This document shows positions 56,653 through 64,000 of a stretch of 64,000 nt of DNA, in pieces. The DNA is from a virus. Taxonomy: Duplodnaviria; Caudoviricetes. The notes under the pieces were generated by a model. The model was not told where the DNA came from. It made no database searches and was given only the letters and a program-made list of their open reading frames with translations. The first letter of the stretch is position 1. Every line of letters begins with the position of its first letter. Position numbers and translations under genes: made by a program. Location of the stretch: positions 1,416 through 65,415 of IMG/VR virus record IMGVR_UViG_3300021961_000085. The stretch is one strand, 5' to 3'.

Positions 56653-58455
56653 ATGGCATTAGAATACTACGCTAGTATTGATCTTAACAAGAACGAACTA
56701 CAAAATGCGGTTATCCACCCATTGGGGTCGGCACCAAGCTCACCAACAGAGGGACAAATCTATTACGACAGCACTAGTGGTGATAAACAAATCTATTTGT
56801 ACAATGGAAGTGCTTGGACTTCTCTAGGCGGTAGTAATTTTACTACTATAGCGGTATCTGGTCAAACAGACGTAGTAGCTGACACCAACAGCGATACGTT
56901 GACTCTTGCTGCGGGTTCTAATGTTACTATAACGACCAACGCTACAACAGATACAATTACTATTGCTTCTACTAATACAACTTATAGTGCTGCTACTTCT
57001 AGTACACTTGGTTTAATTAAGCTTGGATCTGATACTGTTCAATCTACTGCAGCGAACGGCGTAACATCAACTGCTAGTAAGACATACGCAATACAAGTAG
57101 ACTCAAGTGGAAGAGCTGTAGTAAACGTTCCATGGACGGATCAATTAACGCAAGAGCAAATTGAAGACTACGTTGGAGCGATGGTTTCTACTAATACAGA
57201 AACTGGAATTACAGTCACTTATGACGATATAAATGGTAAGTTAGACTTTGTAGTATCTGACACAACGGTAGCTGGCGACACTGGCTCATCTGCTATTACG
57301 CCTGGTGATACTTTAACTATTGCCGGTGGCGAAGGTATTGATACCTCAATGACTGGTGGTACGGTGACAATTTCTGGAGAAGACGCAAGCTCTACAAACA
57401 AAGGTATTGCTTCGTTTAGCTCTTCAGACTTCTCTGTGTCATCTGGAGCTGTTTCTATTGCATCTGGCGGAGTTTCTAACTCTCAGTTAGCAAATAGCAG
57501 CATTACGATTGGTGATAGCACTATCGCGCTTGGAGGAACCGATACAACATTAACAGGTTTAACCGACATTGATTTGACGGCTGGTGCTAAAACAATCTTT
57601 GATGGAGTTGGTGCTAATAACCTTACGATCGGTGCTAGTGGAACAACGATTATAATTCCTGGTGATCTTCAGGTTACTGGTACTGTTACTACAAATAACG
57701 TAGAAACAATATCAACATCTAACGGTGTAGTATTTGAAGGTAATGCAGCTGACGCTAATGAGGTTACTTTATTAGCTGCCACTGTTACTGCAGATAGAAC
57801 TGCTACTTTACCAGACTTGTCTGGTTATATTGCGCTATTCTCTGCGACACCAACAACAACAATAACAGCTACACCAACAGAACTTAATTATGTTGACGGT
57901 GTAACTTCTAATATTCAAACTCAGTTAGACAACAAAGCTGGAAGTTTATCAGACCTTGGTATCACTGCTACAGCCGCTGAAATAAATACATTAGATGGTA
58001 TAACGTCTACTACTACTGAGTTAAACTTATTAAGTGGTATCACCACTCTCAGCGGTTCAAATACTGGTGATGAGCCTGATGCAAGTACAACTACAAAAGG
58101 TATTATTGAAATAGCAACCAATACCGAAACTCAAACTGGTACTGATACATCTAGAGCAGTAACCCCTGCTGGTATTGGTAGCAGATCTGTAACCGCAACT
58201 ATTACTCCAACTTCTATGACTAATGGATATGCAGAGATTACTCATAACCTAGGAACAGAGGACGTTATAGTTGAGGTATTTGACGCAACCACAAAACAAA
58301 CAATATTTGTAGACATAGCTAGAACAGATAAACTAGGCGTTGCATCTACTAGTAAGATAAAGCTTACTATAGGAGCGGTGGTTCCACCAAACGACATAGA
58401 AGTTATAATTACTTCTGCTAAAGGCGCTAGCTCTGGAACAGTGGCTTATTCTTAA
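56653..58455 (+). CDS. Tail fibre-like structural protein
   Basis: Thr/Ser-rich; ASTTTKGIIEIAT and ELNYVDGVTSNIQTQLD fibre motifs. Confidence 0.7.
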   Translation: MALEYYASIDLNKNELQNAVIHPLGSAPSSPTEGQIYYDSTSGDKQIYLYNGSAWTSLGGSNFTTIAVSGQTDVVADTNSDTLTLAAGSNVTITTNATTDTITIASTNTTYSAATSSTLGLIKLGSDTVQSTAANGVTSTASKTYAIQVDSSGRAVVNVPWTDQLTQEQIEDYVGAMVSTNTETGITVTYDDINGKLDFVVSDTTVAGDTGSSAITPGDTLTIAGGEGIDTSMTGGTVTISGEDASSTNKGIASFSSSDFSVSSGAVSIASGGVSNSQLANSSITIGDSTIALGGTDTTLTGLTDIDLTAGAKTIFDGVGANNLTIGASGTTIIIPGDLQVTGTVTTNNVETISTSNGVVFEGNAADANEVTLLAATVTADRTATLPDLSGYIALFSATPTTTITATPTELNYVDGVTSNIQTQLDNKAGSLSDLGITATAAEINTLDGITSTTTELNLLSGITTLSGSNTGDEPDASTTTKGIIEIATNTETQTGTDTSRAVTPAGIGSRSVTATITPTSMTNGYAEITHNLGTEDVIVEVFDATTKQTIFVDIARTDKLGVASTSKIKLTIGAVVPPNDIEVIITSAKGASSGTVAYS

Positions 58456-58478
58456 TAATAAAATCAAATTAAATGTAA

Positions 58479-61400
58479 ATGTCAATTAAAATTTACGCAC
58501 CCTTAGAGCTCGCCGATACCTCGGCAGGATTGACAGTTAATGGAGATCTTACAATAGATGGTAGTTCTAGCAATTATTTAAACTTAGATATTTCTGGTGC
58601 GACTAAAGGCTATTTATACTCAACCGCTTCTGAAGTACAATTGTACGGCGGAGGCAGTTATTTAAGGCTTACAGCTAACGACTTTATTAGGTTTGATAAA
58701 AACTCTGCTAATTCGTTCGCTGAAGCAATGAGGTTAGATGGAGAAGGAAGACTAGGTATTGGAACTAGTAGTCCGTATGGAAAGTTACACGTAACATCAA
58801 ACAGTTCTGGAGCTACACCTATAAGCCAACAGCAGTTAATTCTAGAAAACAATACAGCTACTGGAATAGCTATACTAACGCCAAGTACAACATCTGGATA
58901 TTTATTTTTTGGAGATAATAACGATGCTCAAAGAGGGTACATAGCTTATAATCATGCCGCTGATGAGATGAAATTTAAAGTGGCTGGTTCTGAAAGAGTA
59001 TTTATTAATAGTTCCGGCAACGTAGGTATAGGTACAACGAGCCCATCTCAGAAATTATCCGTTAGTGGTAATGTTGAGATAGAAGGTGGTGACTATAATG
59101 GGTTATATTTTACAAACTCTGCTAACACTACAAAAAGTCTTTTATATCAACATGCAAACTATGATGCTCTTGTAATTAAAGACATTGTAAACAATTCCGA
59201 TAGGTTTGTGTTTAAAAACAACGGCAACTTGTTAATTGGCACAACGACTGATAGTGGTTATAAGTTGGATGTTGGCGGTGCGGCTCAAGTAAGTCACACG
59301 TTAAATGAAATCGTTAATTTAAATACCACTCAAGCAAACGGAGGATATACTACATATCGGTCTTCGGGTTCTGCAAAAGGTTATGTAGGGTTTGGTTCTA
59401 CATTATTTACTGGCTTAGATATTAATAACTTTGGTATTAGATCACAAGGTGGATTAGCTCTTGCTAGTGGCGGTGGTAGTACTCGGATGTATATCAACTC
59501 CTCCGGCAACGTAGGCATTGGAACTAGCAGTCCAAATCATAGGGTTGACATTTACTCTAGTGAGAATGTACCGTTAAGAATACACAGACCTAGTAATGCT
59601 AATCTGAATTCATCAGGTGCCTGGGGTATTGGGTTCTCTACAAGAGGTGATGCGAATACAAGCACTACAGACACTAGAGCGGGTATATTTAGTTATTACA
59701 ATGGTAACTTATTTATAGCCACTAGTACGTCAGACGTTGTAGCAGATCCAGATGCATCTGCTAGATTAACAATTCTTAGTGGTGGCAACGTAGGTATAGG
59801 AACGATGAGTCCGGAAACACACTTGCATATACACGGCATCGGCTCATCAGTATCAGGATACCAGTACCACTTAATACTTCGAGATGATAGCGCATACGGT
59901 ATTAATAAAGGATCAGGGTTAGTGTTTAGAGGAAACTACAACTCTTCAGGATCACAAGCTAACTTCGGTGCTATTAGAACCGGCAAAGCAAACGCTAACG
60001 ATGGTAATGCAAATGCTTACTTAGCATTTTTATACGGAGCATCAGGTACCTTAACTGAAGGTATGCGCTTAGATTATAACGGCAACGTAGGTATTGGTAC
60101 TGCTAGTCCTGGTGATAAGCTAACTGTAAATGGTGATATTAGCGTATTTGGAAATAAGATATATAATGGATCAGCATCTAATTCTGCTGGAATAGACTTC
60201 AGTGACTCTCAAGTAGACTTACATGGATATTACGGAATTAGATTTTTTGCTAGCACTGCTGGTATAGGATCTATGACCGAGAGAATGCGTATTGCCAATA
60301 CTGGCAACGTCCTAATCGGTACTACAACCGATAATGGCAGTGAACTGCAAGTTAATGGATATGCAAGATCAAGTAACAGTATTTCTGAAGGTATTGCTTA
60401 TGCTGGTACTGGGTTTGAACATTGGGGAGACGGTGGAACAGGTGTTAACTTTCCAAGCGATGATGTTGTTAGTTTAAAGACAGCCAGCACTGATAGGTTA
60501 TATATAAACTCCTCTGGCAACGTAGGTATAGGTACTGCCGATTTTGGATTAAGCTCTTTTTCTAATTGGAACAACTTAAGATTAGGGAAAACGGCAAATT
60601 TATTTTTTCATACGTCTACAAATACTTTTGGATTTAACATTGGAAGAAACTTTTATTTTGCAAGTGACGCATCTTACAAATATTTGACTAGTGATGAGGC
60701 AGAAACAATAATTTTTTCAGGAGGGAATATAGACTTTAATAACGCTACTTCTGGAACAGAGGATGCTTCATTGACTTGGAACACAAGAATGCGCATTACC
60801 AGTAGTGGCAACGTAGGTATTGGTACGACTAGTCCTACAGCCAAATTGGACGTTAAAGGAGATGGAGCGGATTTCTTTTTACAGTCTAATGATTTTAAAA
60901 TAGCTCGTATTCAACCAAGGGGTACTGGGGCTGATTTAGACAAGGGCCTATTATCACTATTTAACGGCATTACGGAAGACGTAAGAATAGATACATCTGG
61001 TAGTTCTTGGTTTAATGGTGGCAACGTAGGTATAGGTATTACTAACCCATTGGCAAACCTTCACATAAATGGAACTTATTTTCAAAATGCTCCAAATCCA
61101 GGCGTTGGTACAAACATAGTGTCTTCCATAAGACACGGTTCAGATACAAACTATCGTTTAGACTACAAACAAATTGTTACTAGCGGTTTGATAAAGCATT
61201 CATATACCGTTGTTAATGATGGAACTGCATATGCTGATAACCTCGTGTTAGATAGAGGCAACGTAGGTATTGGAGAAACTTCTATTGATGCTCGTCTTCA
61301 TATAACTTCATCAGGTGCCGTAGTGAACCAAAAGTTTGAATCAAATGGTGTAGCTGCTTGGAGATTGGGTATACCAAATGGTCAAACATATTTTGCTTTT

Positions 61401-64000
61401 GATAATACTGCCGATGCTCTTACCTCTCCAAAAGTGGCAATAGCGTCTACTGGCAACGTCCTAATAGGTACTACTACTGACAACGGTTATAAACTACAAG
61501 TCAACGGAGATGCTACTATTAATGGGCATTGGGTTGGCTTAGGTGGAGGAAGTGTAAGTACAAATGTAGTATTAGGTCAATATAACTTAAACAACAACGT
61601 TAGCGGAGGTTCAAACACTGCAATAGGATATTCTGCTTTAAGTTATAATACTGCTTCAAACAATACCGCTGTAGGTAGACAAGCAGCATACAATAATACT
61701 ACCGGATCAATTGTAGCGGTAGGCTATCAGGCTGGGTATGGTAATACTACTGGAGGTAGCAATACATTTATAGGACATCAAGCTTTTCAAAACAATACAA
61801 CCGCATCAGGTAATACTGCACTTGGTCTTCAAGCTGGTAGAAATATAATAGGAAGTAACAATACGGTTTTAGGTGCTGGGGCTGTTTTGGTGGGTAGTGG
61901 TGGTAATAATCTTACGGTTGTCGGTAGGGAGGCATTGTATAACAATACACAAAGTAATAATACTGCTATTGGTTACAAGGCTGCTCGTAGTAATACAAGT
62001 GGATCAATTGTGGCGGTAGGGTACGAGGCTGGGTTTTCAAATACTACTTCTGTAGGTGTTACTGCAATAGGGTATAGTGCATTAAGGAGCAGTACTGGTT
62101 CTGATAATACATCAGTAGGATATGCATCATTGTTTAACAACACCACCGGAATAAGAAACACAGCTGTTGGTAAGGATGCATTAGTAACAAATTCTACTGG
62201 TCAAGACAATGTAGCAATTGGTGAGAGTGCTTTAAGGAACAATACATCTTCATTTAATACGGCTATTGGTCATAATGCTGGTGATGCCAATACAAGTGGT
62301 TCAAACAACATATTTATAGGTAAAGATTCTGACGGAGTAGCAGCAACAGATAGCAATAGGACATTTATAGGTAATGCATCTACTACATCTACTTGGGTGG
62401 GTGGTAATCTATTGGTGGGAACTACTACTGATAGTGGGGATAAGTTAAGAGTCAACGGAACTGTTTTGTTTGAGAATAGCTCTATGGAGCTTAAATTAAC
62501 AGATAACAACTCAACAGGTAATACAGCTAATACCAAGATACTATTTACTGACAATGGAACATTTGGTACTATTGGTACAATAGGATTTAATGGAGATGAT
62601 GATCTTTATATTCAAAACAATCATACTGGAAATGTATTAATTAGCGGAGGCAACGTAGGTATTGGTACTACTAGTCCTGGAGCTAAGTTACAAATATCAA
62701 GCGGAAATAATGTAGATACTCAATTGCTAGTTGGAGAAGGTTCTACTTATGGTGCACCTAGTATCAGGTTTAAAACTGCTAGTACAAATTATATGGGTAT
62801 TGGCTTTACAACTGGTTCTGTTGTAGGCAATGAAGTATTAGATGCAATAGCAATTCAAAGAACAGGCAACGTTGGTATTGGTACTACGAGTCCGACCTCA
62901 AAGACTCATGTATATTATGGCGGTGGTACGACAAATGGATTACACGTTCAAGCAAGTGCCAATAGAGGTAAAATAGCAGTTTCTGATAACGATACTGCTG
63001 CCTATATGATTGCAGAAAATTCTTTAGCATCATTTGGTAGACAAGATGCGTTAAGTGCTAATAACTTAAACATCACCAATGGTGGCAACGTCCTAATTGG
63101 TACTACTACTGACAGTGGTTATAAGCTTTCTGTTAATGGTGCTTCTAATTTCTCAGGTAGTTTAACTATAACTAACGGCTTAATTACGCTATCTGACGGC
63201 TACTCGTTGAGGTTTGGTGGAAACAATAATAGAATATATGGATATAACTCTGGAGATACTTCATTTGTTGTAGGCGGTTCAGAAAGAATCAGAATAAACT
63301 CTTCCTCTGGCAACGTAGGTATTGGTACTACGAGTCCTTCATACCCTTTAGAAGTTCAATCTGGTGGAGTGGGCACTGTACTTAGAGCTGGTACATCATT
63401 CATATCCATAGATCCTACTGGCTCAGCTTCCGCACCTTCTTTAATATTTAATGGAGATAGCAATACTGGAATTTGGCATCCTGCATCCGACACTCTGGCT
63501 ATTATTACGGCTGGCTCTGAGCGCATGCGTATCACTTCAGGTGGCAACGTCCTCATTGGTACTACGACTGATAGTGGTTATAAACTTGATGTTAGCGGTG
63601 CAGCTCAAGTAAGTCACACGTTAAATGAAATCGTTAATTTAAATACCACTCAAGCAAACGGTGGGTATACTGTATATCGGGCTTCAGGTTCTGCAAAAGG
63701 TTTTGTAGGGTTTGGTTCTACATTATTTACTGGTTTAAGTATTAATGACTTTGGTATTAGATCACAAGGTGGATTAGCTCTTGCCAGTGGCGGTGGGAGT
63801 ACTCGGATGTATATAAACTCCTCTGGCAACGTAGGTATTGGGACGACTAGCCCACAAGTTGAGCTTCATGTAAAAGGAAATAATGGTTGGGGAGAAATAA
63901 GAATAGAAGGTCAAACATTTGCTAGTGGACATGGTGGTTCATTAGAGTTTCGTTCTGAAGGAACAGCATTGGCTGATATATATGCTAACACCTCTAAAGA
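58479..64000 (+). CDS. Very long modular tail fibre, more than 1840 aa, 3'-truncated (not in track)
   Basis: ATG 58479 (MSIKIYAPLEL); GNVGIGTTSP / GNVLIGTTTD junctions stay in this frame through 63825; NTAxG solenoid repeats at about 61560-62390. Confidence 0.85.
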   Translation, partial: MSIKIYAPLELADTSAGLTVNGDLTIDGSSSNYLNLDISGATKGYLYSTASEVQLYGGGSYLRLTANDFIRFDKNSANSFAEAMRLDGEGRLGIGTSSPYGKLHVTSNSSGATPISQQQLILENNTATGIAILTPSTTSGYLFFGDNNDAQRGYIAYNHAADEMKFKVAGSERVFINSSGNVGIGTTSPSQKLSVSGNVEIEGGDYNGLYFTNSANTTKSLLYQHANYDALVIKDIVNNSDRFVFKNNGNLLIGTTTDSGYKLDVGGAAQVSHTLNEIVNLNTTQANGGYTTYRSSGSAKGYVGFGSTLFTGLDINNFGIRSQGGLALASGGGSTRMYINSSGNVGIGTSSPNHRVDIYSSENVPLRIHRPSNANLNSSGAWGIGFSTRGDANTSTTDTRAGIFSYYNGNLFIATSTSDVVADPDASARLTILSGGNVGIGTMSPETHLHIHGIGSSVSGYQYHLILRDDSAYGINKGSGLVFRGNYNSSGSQANFGAIRTGKANANDGNANAYLAFLYGASGTLTEGMRLDYNGNVGIGTASPGDKLTVNGDISVFGNKIYNGSASNSAGIDFSDSQVDLHGYYGIRFFASTAGIGSMTERMRIANTGNVLIGTTTDNGSELQVNGYARSSNSISEGIAYAGTGFEHWGDGGTGVNFPSDDVVSLKTASTDRLYINSSGNVGIGTADFGLSSFSNWNNLRLGKTANLFFHTSTNTFGFNIGRNFYFASDASYKYLTSDEAETIIFSGGNIDFNNATSGTEDASLTWNTRMRITSSGNVGIGTTSPTAKLDVKGDGADFFLQSNDFKIARIQPRGTGADLDKGLLSLFNGITEDVRIDTSGSSWFNGGNVGIGITNPLANLHINGTYFQNAPNPGVGTNIVSSIRHGSDTNYRLDYKQIVTSGLIKHSYTVVNDGTAYADNLVLDRGNVGIGETSIDARLHITSSGAVVNQKFESNGVAAWRLGIPNGQTYFAFDNTADALTSPKVAIASTGNVLIGTTTDNGYKLQVNGDATINGHWVGLGGGSVSTNVVLGQYNLNNNVSGGSNTAIGYSALSYNTASNNTAVGRQAAYNNTTGSIVAVGYQAGYGNTTGGSNTFIGHQAFQNNTTASGNTALGLQAGRNIIGSNNTVLGAGAVLVGSGGNNLTVVGREALYNNTQSNNTAIGYKAARSNTSGSIVAVGYEAGFSNTTSVGVTAIGYSALRSSTGSDNTSVGYASLFNNTTGIRNTAVGKDALVTNSTGQDNVAIGESALRNNTSSFNTAIGHNAGDANTSGSNNIFIGKDSDGVAATDSNRTFIGNASTTSTWVGGNLLVGTTTDSGDKLRVNGTVLFENSSMELKLTDNNSTGNTANTKILFTDNGTFGTIGTIGFNGDDDLYIQNNHTGNVLISGGNVGIGTTSPGAKLQISSGNNVDTQLLVGEGSTYGAPSIRFKTASTNYMGIGFTTGSVVGNEVLDAIAIQRTGNVGIGTTSPTSKTHVYYGGGTTNGLHVQASANRGKIAVSDNDTAAYMIAENSLASFGRQDALSANNLNITNGGNVLIGTTTDSGYKLSVNGASNFSGSLTITNGLITLSDGYSLRFGGNNNRIYGYNSGDTSFVVGGSERIRINSSSGNVGIGTTSPSYPLEVQSGGVGTVLRAGTSFISIDPTGSASAPSLIFNGDSNTGIWHPASDTLAIITAGSERMRITSGGNVLIGTTTDSGYKLDVSGAAQVSHTLNEIVNLNTTQANGGYTVYRASGSAKGFVGFGSTLFTGLSINDFGIRSQGGLALASGGGSTRMYINSSGNVGIGTTSPQVELHVKGNNGWGEIRIEGQTFASGHGGSLEFRSEGTALADIYANTSK
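59223..59522 (+). repeat. About 300-bp fibre module duplicated at 63543-63842
   Basis: Long identical runs such as CAAGTAAGTCACACGTTAAATGAAATCGTTAATTTAAATACCACTCAAGCAAACGG; offset 4320 bp. Confidence 0.9.

Noticed and set aside
630-63556. Numerous short antisense or overlapping ORFs in the track (for example 26864-27544, 23357-23827, 61973-62161)
   Set aside because: Shadow frames of long genes on the opposite strand, with no motifs or leaders
59223-63842. Diversity-generating retroelement TR/VR pair
   Set aside because: Differences are not adenine-restricted (for example tct/gct, ggc/ggt, gct/gcc), both copies are in-frame coding, and no reverse transcriptase is visible

Overview
The window is most of a lytic tailed dsDNA phage genome, probably podovirus-like and infecting Bacteroidota (Flavobacteriia). 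The host call rests on AT-rich leaders without Shine-Dalgarno motifs and on signal peptides that obey the Q-rule. There are three blocks. (1) + strand, 1-31209: packaging, capsid, tail, large internal virion proteins (one of 2702 aa), lysis genes and PhoH. (2) - strand, 31241-50574: nucleotide metabolism (NrdA/NrdB, a dCMP-type thymidylate-synthase homologue, MazG, dCMP deaminase), primase-helicase, recombination genes, a sigma factor, a ligase and many small early genes; no DNA polymerase or integrase is recognisable. (3) + strand, 50888-64000: GroEL/GroES, a holin and fibre genes, ending in a fibre ORF of more than 1840 aa that runs off the window. The most notable unannotated signals are: four tRNA-shaped RNA elements in the early region, each ending 2-3 nt before a start codon, two of them tmRNA tRNA-like-domain mimics with the G3.U70 alanine determinant; a nine-copy CAA-N8-CGA-N8-CGATAATA promoter-like motif; an A_AAA_AAG slippery site plus pseudoknot at the start of the giant virion gene; and two inverted copies of a 46-bp palindromic site bracketing the early region. 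All functional calls come from motif reading by eye; no database searches were run.
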